A DNA stretch of 34,342 bases from Bacteriovoracaceae bacterium (GCA_041586955.1 JBFGZE010000023.1:1-34342), one strand, 5' to 3'; positions 8,819 to 16,848 are shown, counted from the first letter of the stretch. The notes: generated by a model not told the origin, from the sequence alone. Translations and numbers: made by a program.

Positions 8819-9349
8819 ATGGGTCAGCGTCGTGTCAAATTAAGACAATATGATTTTCAACTATATAATCAGCTCGTAGACAGCTTTGCCGAAAGCAGCG
8901 ATGAATTATTATTTTTATCTCCTACAGAAGAGGTCATGGCGGGCCCCTGGATAAACGTTTCCCCAAAAAAAAGAAACATAAAAAGCGCAGTCGGTAAAAC
9001 GGATGTTGTGAATATAGACCAGTACGAGAATTTTATTATTCAAAAAAAGGTGAAGTTACTAGCTGATAAATCCAATTATCTGAATCAATTAAAGGCCAAT
9101 GAATCTCATCCTGATATCGCCGATGAAGGGTCTGATCGAGAAATGGAATATAAGCTTGAGGCGATCATTGAAAGTATAGATATTCGAATCTATCAACTAG
9201 AGAAGGCACTCGGAAGACTTAAAAATGGCACTTATGGTTTGTGCGAGGAATGTCGAGAGGAAATTTCTAGCAAAAGATTGAATGCGATTCCAGAGGCCTT
9301 TCTTTGCGTCAGCTGTGCTGATATTAGTTATGAACCCGAATGCCACTAG
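8819..9349 (+). CDS. DksA/TraR-family C4 zinc-finger protein
   Basis: Coiled-coil tip HPDIADEGSD and the zinc finger YGLCEECREEISSKRLNAIPEAFLCVSCA. Start set at ATG 8819 after TAAGGAG (ORF track start 8795). Confidence 0.88.
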   Translation: MGQRRVKLRQYDFQLYNQLVDSFAESSDELLFLSPTEEVMAGPWINVSPKKRNIKSAVGKTDVVNIDQYENFIIQKKVKLLADKSNYLNQLKANESHPDIADEGSDREMEYKLEAIIESIDIRIYQLEKALGRLKNGTYGLCEECREEISSKRLNAIPEAFLCVSCADISYEPECH

Positions 9350-9589
9350 AACAGTGGCACTTCTCGCTATCAGTTAAGGGCCTTGATTAAAGGTGAGGTT
9401 GTCTTCTCTATTCAGTCCTTCCACATCACTCTTTATTATTGTTATAGAATTAATAGTACCAATATCTTCAACATTGGGTTGAAGATAAAAAATGATTGCT
9501 GAAACTACCATAGTCTTTTTTGTTCTCTCATTTCCGTAAATTAAATAGAAAAATAATTTAACTAATTGAAATTAAAAGAAGCCTTTGAG

Positions 9590-9606
9590 TTGGCATCTTA
9601 CTTGCT
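9590..9606 (+). promoter_or_regulatory. Sigma-54 -24/-12 promoter for the orphan-usp unit
   Basis: TTGGCATCTTACTTGCT, exact GG-N10-GC. Confidence 0.8.
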
Positions 9607-9738
9607 CAATGAAAGATGAAAAAGCGGCTTTGGCCAACCAGAAAAACCTGGGAGGGAGGATTTAAGGTCGCTGTCGTTGATTGTAAAAAAGCAGTGAAGG
9701 GAAGAGTAAGACCTTCCCATATTTCTAAGGAGAAAGGA

Positions 9739-10023
9739 ATGAATGTTTTAACTAGACTTTGCTTTTGGAAAAAGGATGGAAAGAAAAGAGACGGTGAGAT
9801 TAGTAGTTCTTCATTTGTCATTGAAGATGATATTTTGTATTGTCCCCTGGATAAAGATTTAGACCTTGATATGGAAGCGAACCGTCCCTATTATAATTAT
9901 CGTAATTTTTCGCCTCATCAAGAGTATATCAATGAAGTAGGTAAAACAAACACCAGTTTGCACCCGAACAACTTTGTTCAAAAAGAAGAGCGTAGAGATT
10001 ATGAAAATTATGGCGGAGAATAG
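9739..10023 (+). CDS. Small hypothetical protein, probably co-transcribed with usp
   Basis: AAGGAGAAAGGA RBS before ATG 9739 (MNVLTRLCFWKK...); stop lies 2 nt before the usp start. The ORF track start of 9616 falls at the predicted transcription start and has no RBS. Confidence 0.6.
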   Translation: MNVLTRLCFWKKDGKKRDGEISSSSFVIEDDILYCPLDKDLDLDMEANRPYYNYRNFSPHQEYINEVGKTNTSLHPNNFVQKEERRDYENYGGE

Positions 10024-10025
10024 TA

Positions 10026-10925
10026 ATGGCACAAACTGAAATAATTATTGGAACAGACTTGTCTGATAATTCAAATCTCGCAATTGAGACAGGTATGCTT
10101 TGGGCGAATATGCTTAAGTGTCACCCGGTCGTCATGCATGTTCATATTTCAAGTGTGAATTCGAATACCAGGCATCTGTTTAATCCTGACCTTGAATCCA
10201 AATTTGATGAATTGGCCAATATGGTGAAAGAAGAATTACTCAAGAAACTAAAAGGACAAGTTCGACCTTGGATCAAAATGCAAAATGATATTGAACCAAT
10301 ACTTGCTTTTGGAGATCGAGCGAAAAAATTTGTCGAAAGAGCTAATGAAAAGAATTCCAAACTGATTATTCTTGGTTGGAATAAAGATTTGAGCGAGGAG
10401 ACATTATGGCTTGCCTCGACCATAGATAGGGTTTTAAGAATTTCTAAAGTACCGGTATTAATTGTTAAAGATAATAAGGCCATGAATCCCAAAAGGATAG
10501 TTGTTCCCTTTGTATTAAATAATGAATTCGTTGATTTATTAGAATGGGCCAGAGTTTTACTGAATACCTTTAGCTCAAAATTTGAATTTATACATGTTTT
10601 AAAAGACAAGGAAATTGTAAGCTCGAAAAGTGATATAGGTGTCCTCAAAGAATTTTATCCTGAGAATGAATATGCCATAGAAAAACTAGAAGAGTTTATA
10701 AAATTTGCATCAAAGAGTAATGGCAGCGCAAGTGTCGAAATTATCCCTGGAGTCAAGTCTATTCAAAAAGAGCTTGAGAATAAAATCAATGGTTCTGCAC
10801 CGGATCTTATATTGATGTCAACGCATGGCCTAAGCGGTATCGAAAAACTATATATGAGTAGTATTACCGAATGGATTTCTAAGGCCTCAAAGTGCTCAGT
10901 GCTTGTCACAAAAGAATTTTCATGA
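10026..10925 (+). CDS. Tandem-domain universal stress protein
   Basis: IIIGTDLSDNS, LIILG...RVLRISKVPVLIVK, and a second domain with DLILMSTHGLSGIEKLYMSSITE..CSVLV. Confidence 0.9.
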   Translation: MAQTEIIIGTDLSDNSNLAIETGMLWANMLKCHPVVMHVHISSVNSNTRHLFNPDLESKFDELANMVKEELLKKLKGQVRPWIKMQNDIEPILAFGDRAKKFVERANEKNSKLIILGWNKDLSEETLWLASTIDRVLRISKVPVLIVKDNKAMNPKRIVVPFVLNNEFVDLLEWARVLLNTFSSKFEFIHVLKDKEIVSSKSDIGVLKEFYPENEYAIEKLEEFIKFASKSNGSASVEIIPGVKSIQKELENKINGSAPDLILMSTHGLSGIEKLYMSSITEWISKASKCSVLVTKEFS

Positions 10926-11065
10926 AAAACCTAATGGCCTTATTCTTCAAATGAAAATCAAGTTTTTGGGGACGGTGGAATTCTCAAATTTCTTAAGACA
11001 TGACTTTATCATGAAAAAATCACTAAGAAATTATAGATGAGTCTAATATCATAATTTTCCACTTC

Positions 11066-11092
11066 TATAAGGGGTATTATTAACCCCTTATA
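11066..11092. terminator. Hairpin between the convergent usp and crp/fnr genes
   Basis: TATAAGGGGT-ATTATTA-ACCCCTTATA, a 10-bp stem 11 nt beyond the crp/fnr stop; U-tract is weak. Confidence 0.55.
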
Positions 11093-11103
11093 AATGATAT
11101 CAA

Positions 11104-11853
11104 TTAGCTGGCAAATCGTAGTAGTTTGGGCATATCTTTAATATATAGAACTTTTCCTTTTTGTATTATAATTTCCTCACTTTTCAATTCACTTAAAAAG
11201 CGACTTAACGTTTCCGTTGCTGTTCCAATTATTGAGGCCATATTCTCTCTACTTAAAAATACATTAAATTTAAAATTGCCATTTTCGTCTACACCACCAT
11301 CTTTTTCCGCCAAGTCTATTAAAAGGTGGGCAAGTCTTTCGCGTACGTTTTTCTGGCATTTTTCTACAAACTTTATTTCTATTTCCCTATATTCCTCTAA
11401 TAAATGACGATAAAAATGAGTCGTGAGTTGTGGGAATCTATCGATTAAGTAAGCGATAGACTTTTTATCTAGAAAATAAATAAGGGAGTCTTCAATTGCT
11501 GTTGCGGTTGAATTGTGTGATTCGTGTTTGAAGATATGATGATGAGCAAGAAATTCATTAGGCCGTGCAATTCGAATAATAGTTTCCTTCCCATCTGCAG
11601 ATGTTTGTGAAATTTTTATTTTTCCCGATAAGATTAAAAAAATTCCGTAGAAGGGGTTTCCTTGAACAAAGAGGGTCTGATTTTTTTTATATCGATTTTT
11701 AATAGCAAATCTATTAATTCCATCTATTAATTCTGGGCCATTCAATTGTGGAATAATAAAGTGAGCACCTTTGAGTTGTTGATCTCTATGATTAACAACA
11801 TTAAAATGATTGTTTTCTGGCAATAGTTCACTTCTTAAGGTCTGGGCATACAT
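11104..11853 (-). CDS. Crp/Fnr-family transcriptional regulator
   Basis: cNMP-like domain (LFVQG, ILSGKIKI, DGKETII, TATAIEDS), VRERLA, and HTH SRENMASIIGTATETLSRFLSEL. There is no N-terminal Cys cluster, so it is not a true Fe-S FNR. Confidence 0.93.
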   Translation of the reverse strand: MYAQTLRSELLPENNHFNVVNHRDQQLKGAHFIIPQLNGPELIDGINRFAIKNRYKKNQTLFVQGNPFYGIFLILSGKIKISQTSADGKETIIRIARPNEFLAHHHIFKHESHNSTATAIEDSLIYFLDKKSIAYLIDRFPQLTTHFYRHLLEEYREIEIKFVEKCQKNVRERLAHLLIDLAEKDGGVDENGNFKFNVFLSRENMASIIGTATETLSRFLSELKSEEIIIQKGKVLYIKDMPKLLRFAS

Positions 11854-11867
11854 AACACTATTCTCCT

Positions 11868-11908
11868 AAAAATGTACCCGTGACTTTAGGAAAAGGTCAC
11901 GGGTACAT
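11868..11908 (-). terminator. Terminator-like hairpin in the crp/fnr 5' leader
   Basis: 13-bp perfect inverted repeat ATGTACCCGTGAC/GTCACGGGTACAT (11872-11884 and 11896-11908), followed on the minus strand by a short T-run and then the AGGAG RBS. Confidence 0.7.
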
Positions 11909-11981
11909 ATATAATAAAAGTGGTTGGGAGTCCTTTTCTCCAGGAGTCGGAACCACTATTGGCCACTTTGATTTAGATTAA

Positions 11982-11998
11982 AGCAATTGGTGTGCCAT
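11982..11998 (-). promoter_or_regulatory. Sigma-54 -24/-12 promoter upstream of crp/fnr
   Basis: Minus strand reads ATGGCACACCAATTGCT, exact GG-N10-GC. Confidence 0.85.
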
Positions 11999-12231
11999 AA
12001 ATAAATTGATGGTAAGTATTCAAGAACACATGGTGTTTTTGCACTTGGCCAGAACTAAAAAGACTAAATTATTGGTAGTCTGCGAATTGCATGTTCTATT
12101 GTTGAACTCTCTGGGCCGTATAGGCTTGTGATTAAGCAAAAATTTAAGCGCAATACTTTAATTTTTTCGAGGCCACGAGCAAGATTATCAATCTGATCGC
12201 TGCCGCGAAGTTAAAAATTGACATCGTGACC

Positions 12232-14436
12232 TTAGATCTCATCATCGAAGGAGTATTGACGGCGTGTATGGATGGAAATCACGGAACAGGCCGCCTTGGC
12301 GATCAGACGGTCATCATCGCTGCCGAGGTACTTTTGAAAGAATGTAAGGTTTTTGCTTTGGCCAAATAAGAGTAGGTCATATTCAACAGTTGAGGCAATC
12401 ATGCTTTCAATAGGATTGTCGGCCATTTCCAGACGGACACTCGCGGGGGATGCACATTGGCCAACGAGATTTAATAATTGTTTTTCAATTTGATGATAAA
12501 CTTCATCCGGTGTATCTGAGGGAAGGATTTTGATGAGAGTGAGGTCCGCTTGATTGACTTTCGCCAAATGATCGGCCGTCTCCAGGGCCAAGGGATCATT
12601 ATTTTCATCTCTTAAGAAAATAACAATCTTTCGAATATAGCGAACACCAGCATCGCGAAAAATACCGAGGTGACATTGGAGGTGATCTTTGAGCCAGCCA
12701 ACAGGGTTGTGAACAGTAAAACCACTGGAGTTTTTACCGGCCCATTCCATAAGAAGCCATTGGCAGTGAAGCCGTTGGCTAATTTCATAAATAGTCTTGG
12801 TAATATCGTGAGAGACGACGGGATCAAAAGTAATAGGTTCTTTTTTCTCCATCGCCATGGCAATGACGCGGCGGCGTAGGGAGCGCAGCTCGGCCGGGTC
12901 ATCACTGATATCAGAGAGGTCGGTTTGCTCGGGAACTTCGGTAATATGAGCGACTTCTAGGTTACCTTGTTGGTTAATACCAGTGCCCATCTCAATTAGC
13001 ATCTCTGGAGAGCGTTCCTTGCCAAAAAGTGCTACCACTACATTGGCATCCATGGAAAGGTCAATATTTTCTAGACGAGAGGGGCGCAAGGGAGTCGCCT
13101 CTTGTAGCGAATTTTCATCGAGAACTAAGTCTTCTCGTTTTCCGCGCATACCGATAACACCCTTGCGAGTGGTGCGTTTACGGCTGTAAAAGAAAAATAA
13201 GAGCAGTCCTGGAATCGTAATCGAGATCATGGCCGGAAGAATGATTGGCAGTCCCATCGCCATCAAAAGGAGCATGATGGATATGATTCCAAAAATTTGT
13301 AGTGCCGGGTAGAGAGGTGATTTGAAAGTTGGTATATACCATTGAACCCGGGATTCTCTTAAGACGATGACTGCGATATTTTCCGCCAGGTAGATCAAAA
13401 GCATAAAAACGGAGGCCATTTTGGCAATTTTCGCAACATCCATAGTGGTAATGGAAATGGCGACGATAAGGCCAGAGCAAATGATCGACCAATAAGGTGT
13501 CATAAACCTGTCATGAAGCCGACCAAGAGGACCGGGCAATAAATTGTCGCGACTCATTGCAAAGGGAAAGCGGGAAGCCGCCAGAATACCGGCATTGGTC
13601 ATGGAGCTCATGGTAATGACGGCGATAACAGCTAAGGCAGAGCCGATGAAGGGGCCGCCGACTTTTAGGGCCAGATGATAAATGGGTTTAATATTTCCCG
13701 CTAATTCCTCGTAGGGAAAATTGCCGACGAGAATAAAAGTGACACTGGAATATACGACTGTGACGATACCCAGTGAAATGAGAATACCTCGTGGTAAATT
13801 CTTTTCAGGATCTTTAATTTCCTCGGCAATTGCTGCGACTTTAGTGACGCCAGCAAATGAGACAAAAACTAAAGCAGTCGCCGCCATAATACCTTTTATT
13901 CCCAAGGGAAACATGGGGAAAAGGTAATCCGAGTTGAAATTAAAAATAGAAAAACCTGAAATCGAGATGAGGGAGGCGATACAGACGGAAACAATGATAA
14001 TTAAGAGGTTTGAGACCTTGCCCACTCCAAGTATGTTGAGAATGGTAATAATTGTCAAAATAGTGAGGGATGTTGGGATAAGTGGAATATCGGCCAAAAC
14101 ACTGAGGTAGGCACCAAAACCAACTAGAGCAAAGGCCGACTTTAAAAGAAGTGAGAGCCAAAGTCCGAGTCCTGCTACTGTTCCGGCGACTGGGCCAAAA
14201 CTACGTTCAAGGTAAACATAGGTCCCCCCTGAGGTAGGCATCGCTGTGGCCAATTCTGATTTACTCATGGCGGCGGGAAGCACTGCGATAGCGGCGAGAG
14301 TATAGGCCAACCAAACAGAAGGGCCGGTGGTGGCGATGGCAATTCCAGGGAGAACAAAAATTCCAGAACCCAACATGGCGCTGACAGATATAGCGACAAC
14401 AGCGCTAAGCCCAAGACTCCTTTCAAGTTTTTTCAA
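12232..14436 (-). CDS. APC-superfamily amino acid permease fused to a C-terminal USP-like domain
   Basis: AMLGSGIF, ELATAMPTSGGTYVYL, FVSFAG..AEEIKDPEKNLPRGI, about 12 TMs, then a soluble alpha/beta tail ending LIAKAACSVISI. Likely TTG start at 14436 after GAGGTAAGGA (ORF track start 14457). Confidence 0.9.
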   Translation of the reverse strand: MKKLERSLGLSAVVAISVSAMLGSGIFVLPGIAIATTGPSVWLAYTLAAIAVLPAAMSKSELATAMPTSGGTYVYLERSFGPVAGTVAGLGLWLSLLLKSAFALVGFGAYLSVLADIPLIPTSLTILTIITILNILGVGKVSNLLIIIVSVCIASLISISGFSIFNFNSDYLFPMFPLGIKGIMAATALVFVSFAGVTKVAAIAEEIKDPEKNLPRGILISLGIVTVVYSSVTFILVGNFPYEELAGNIKPIYHLALKVGGPFIGSALAVIAVITMSSMTNAGILAASRFPFAMSRDNLLPGPLGRLHDRFMTPYWSIICSGLIVAISITTMDVAKIAKMASVFMLLIYLAENIAVIVLRESRVQWYIPTFKSPLYPALQIFGIISIMLLLMAMGLPIILPAMISITIPGLLLFFFYSRKRTTRKGVIGMRGKREDLVLDENSLQEATPLRPSRLENIDLSMDANVVVALFGKERSPEMLIEMGTGINQQGNLEVAHITEVPEQTDLSDISDDPAELRSLRRRVIAMAMEKKEPITFDPVVSHDITKTIYEISQRLHCQWLLMEWAGKNSSGFTVHNPVGWLKDHLQCHLGIFRDAGVRYIRKIVIFLRDENNDPLALETADHLAKVNQADLTLIKILPSDTPDEVYHQIEKQLLNLVGQCASPASVRLEMADNPIESMIASTVEYDLLLFGQSKNLTFFQKYLGSDDDRLIAKAACSVISIHTRRQYSFDDEI

Positions 14437-14471
14437 ATCCTTACCTCGTTGCAACAATGACTTATTGCTTC

Positions 14472-14500
14472 ATGGTAGCTGATTTTTCTTATTTTGACCA
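14472..14500 (-). promoter_or_regulatory. Candidate sigma-70 promoter of the APC-USP gene
   Basis: Minus strand reads TGGTCA-17 nt-TACCAT. Confidence 0.45.
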
Positions 14501-14528
14501 AAAAAAACCGCCTAAAATGGCGGCTTTT
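14500..14528 (-). terminator. Intrinsic terminator after the H1-like gene
   Basis: Minus strand reads GCCGCC-ATTTTA-GGCGG followed by 8 T. Confidence 0.8.
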
Positions 14529-14530
14529 CC

Positions 14531-14544
14531 TTGATATCAATCAA
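14531..14544. promoter_or_regulatory. Perfect FNR-type box
   Basis: TTGAT-ATCA-ATCAA equals the TTGAT-N4-ATCAA consensus and is intergenic. Confidence 0.5.
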
Positions 14545-14561
14545 TAGTATTTTCAAATTAA

Positions 14562-15059
14562 TTATTTTTTACTGGATTTTTTTTGGGTGGCCTTCTTAGT
14601 GGTTTTTTTGCTAGTGGCCTTCTTCGTCGCTTTTTTGGTGGTTTTTTTAGCAACCTTTTTAGCTGCTTTCTTGGCGGTTTTCTTCGCCGTTTTTTTAGTT
14701 ACTTTCTTGGCCACTTTTTTCGTAGACTTTTTCGCAACTTTTTTCTTTGTTTTTTTAACTTGGCCGTTAACTGCCTTTTCAAGATCCTTGATGACCTTAT
14801 CAAGATAGGACGTTGCCTTTTTTAGTTCAGCGTTAATGTTTTTTTCGATTTTGGACTTTTCTTTTTTTAGCGCTTTTAAAACAATTTTAACGTCTTTTTC
14901 GACGATATGTTTGACATCAGTCTCAGCTTTCTTAACGTAATTGGTGGCCTTCGTTTTAAGCTCTTGCCAATTTTTAGTGGTTGTCTTCGTTAATCCTTGA
15001 AAATCTTTTTGAAGATCTGTTACAGATTTTAATAATACATCTAATTCTAATTTGGGCAT
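14562..15059 (-). CDS. Coiled-coil protein with a histone H1-like Lys/Ala/Thr-rich tail (PhaF/AlgP-like architecture)
   Basis: Helical N-terminus, then about 15 KKxx units (KKVA, KKST, KKTA, KKAA, KKAT); AAGGAG RBS. Confidence 0.8.
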   Translation of the reverse strand: MPKLELDVLLKSVTDLQKDFQGLTKTTTKNWQELKTKATNYVKKAETDVKHIVEKDVKIVLKALKKEKSKIEKNINAELKKATSYLDKVIKDLEKAVNGQVKKTKKKVAKKSTKKVAKKVTKKTAKKTAKKAAKKVAKKTTKKATKKATSKKTTKKATQKKSSKK

Positions 15060-15087
15060 GGTGCACTCCTTACAAGTTATTAATTTT

Positions 15088-16848
15088 TTAATTTTTCCAT
15101 TCTTGAGTTAATGGTACGCGATGACCAAATCCCAAACTTTTTGGCTTAACCTTGAGGATGGGACAAAACTGAGTTCTTTTATACTCAGATTTCCTTATAA
15201 GATCATATATTTTTGTAATTTCTTCTCTACTACTTTCTGCAATTTTAAGATCATTTAAATGATAAGCATAGCTGAGAATTCCCTCTAGGATTGCGTCCAA
15301 GCGCTCATATGGAGGAAGGCTTTCACTATCCTGTTGGTTTTCTCGCAATTCCGCCGAGGGGGGCCGGTCAATAATCCCCAGAGGAATTGGATTATTATAC
15401 TGTTTATTAATATAACGGGCCAGAGTAAAAACTTCAGTTTTATAGAGATCTCCTAAGAGACTTAAGGCGCCCACAGAATCTCCATAGAGAGTAGAATAAC
15501 CTACAGCTAATTCTGATTTATTAGAGGTATTGAGAACCAAGGCCCCGGTTTGGTTAGAGCGTGCATACAACAAAGCTCCCCTTAAACGGCTTTGAATATT
15601 TTCATCGGCCAGCCCTTCTAGTGGCATTTGCATTTGATCGGCAAAGGCGTTGCGAATTGAGGAATGGAAAAACTTAATGGGTAATGTTTTAAGAGGAACA
15701 CCTAAATTATGGCATAAGTCATAGGAAAGATCATAGCTTTCGCTGGCCGAAAAAAGGCCGGGCATATAAACCGCTTCTATTTTGGCGTCTTTGGGGAGGG
15801 CCAGCCGTAGAATGGTAAGAACAAGTGCCGAGTCCATGCCACCTGAAAGGGCAACGAGAAAAGAATTAACACCAATTTTTTGGGCGTAATCAACAACACC
15901 TAAGCGTAGCGCCTGTAAAATGGTAAAACATTCGTTATCAGTTAATGAGCATAAGCGTAGACCTTGGGCGTCTTTCACTAGACGAGGTTCCATCAGTGAT
16001 TCCCAGGTATTTTCCACCTTATCTTTGCAAATATTGGCCCCTTGGATTTTACTTGAGTAAGTAGGGCAGGGAAGGATGAGGGTATCACTATGCCATAATT
16101 TGGTACGGCCAACGATCTCTTCGCCATTGGAAACGAAGCTATCACCATCAAAAAGAATTTCATCTTCGCCACCAACGCGATTGACGTAGGCGAAGGGAGT
16201 ACCGAAAAAATGGCTTAATTGTTGAGCTCGCTCTTGGCGCTTGGGCCCTTTTCCAAGGAAAAAGGGACTCGCGGATAAATTCACGACTAGATCAAGAGGA
16301 GTTTGATCATCTTGCGCCTTTTGGGCCAATTTCCCAGTGGGGTCTTCGCTATGGTGGCTGGAGTGCCACATATCTTCGCAAATCAGGACACCTATGTTTT
16401 TACCGGCAAATGAGATGATCGTGGCCTCTTTGCCGGGTGAGAAATATTTTTTTTCATCAAATATATCGTAATTAGGTAATAATTGTTTGCTATAAATGCG
16501 CTTTAGGCCAGTTCCTGGAGTCAGGGCGAAGATGACATTTTCAATGATTAAGGGAAGACCGTTGTCATCAAAAGTATAATCAAGGCCTCCGAGCAGTGCT
16601 AGAAAATGAGGATTTTTGGCCTGATTACTTGAGAACTCATTGATTTGAGAGAGGAGCTTTTGGTAGCGGTCAATAAAGTTGGGGTCAAAGCAGAGATCTT
16701 TTAAGGGGTAGCCAGTGAGAAAGAGCTCCGGGAATAAATGCAGGCCATTAACTTTAGTATCAGCGGACTGCATAATTTCTTGCAATGTGTCTTTTATCGC
16801 TGTAAAGTCGGCGATTTTATGATGGGTTTGGTGCAGAAATAATTGCAT
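15088..16848 (-). CDS. nadE: Glutamine-dependent NAD+ synthetase
   Basis: Nitrilase triad (FPELFLTGY, YSKQLLPNY, ICEDMW) plus synthetase motifs LSGGMDS, ENIQSRLR, GYSTLYGD and PPSAEL. Confidence 0.95.
   Translation of the reverse strand: MQLFLHQTHHKIADFTAIKDTLQEIMQSADTKVNGLHLFPELFLTGYPLKDLCFDPNFIDRYQKLLSQINEFSSNQAKNPHFLALLGGLDYTFDDNGLPLIIENVIFALTPGTGLKRIYSKQLLPNYDIFDEKKYFSPGKEATIISFAGKNIGVLICEDMWHSSHHSEDPTGKLAQKAQDDQTPLDLVVNLSASPFFLGKGPKRQERAQQLSHFFGTPFAYVNRVGGEDEILFDGDSFVSNGEEIVGRTKLWHSDTLILPCPTYSSKIQGANICKDKVENTWESLMEPRLVKDAQGLRLCSLTDNECFTILQALRLGVVDYAQKIGVNSFLVALSGGMDSALVLTILRLALPKDAKIEAVYMPGLFSASESYDLSYDLCHNLGVPLKTLPIKFFHSSIRNAFADQMQMPLEGLADENIQSRLRGALLYARSNQTGALVLNTSNKSELAVGYSTLYGDSVGALSLLGDLYKTEVFTLARYINKQYNNPIPLGIIDRPPSAELRENQQDSESLPPYERLDAILEGILSYAYHLNDLKIAESSREEITKIYDLIRKSEYKRTQFCPILKVKPKSLGFGHRVPLTQEWKN

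Noticed and set aside
9355..9370. TGGCAC just after the dksA-like stop
   Set aside because: The GC falls at N8 rather than N10, so it is not a -24/-12 promoter.
11104..11853. Calling the regulator fnr or crp
   Set aside because: No Fe-S Cys cluster and no clear cAMP-binding GE..R motif, so only a family-level call is justified.
12000..12231. att site or tRNA at the right edge of the AT-rich block
   Set aside because: No tRNA fold, direct repeat or recombinase gene could be identified by eye.
14565..14760. Short periodic repeats as a possible CRISPR array or VNTR
   Set aside because: The 12-nt periodicity is degenerate, codes for KKxx units and has no unique spacers; no cas genes are present.
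14583..14825. Two Phe/Leu-rich + strand ORFs resembling membrane peptides
   Set aside because: They are antisense shadows of the Lys-rich repeat of the H1-like gene.
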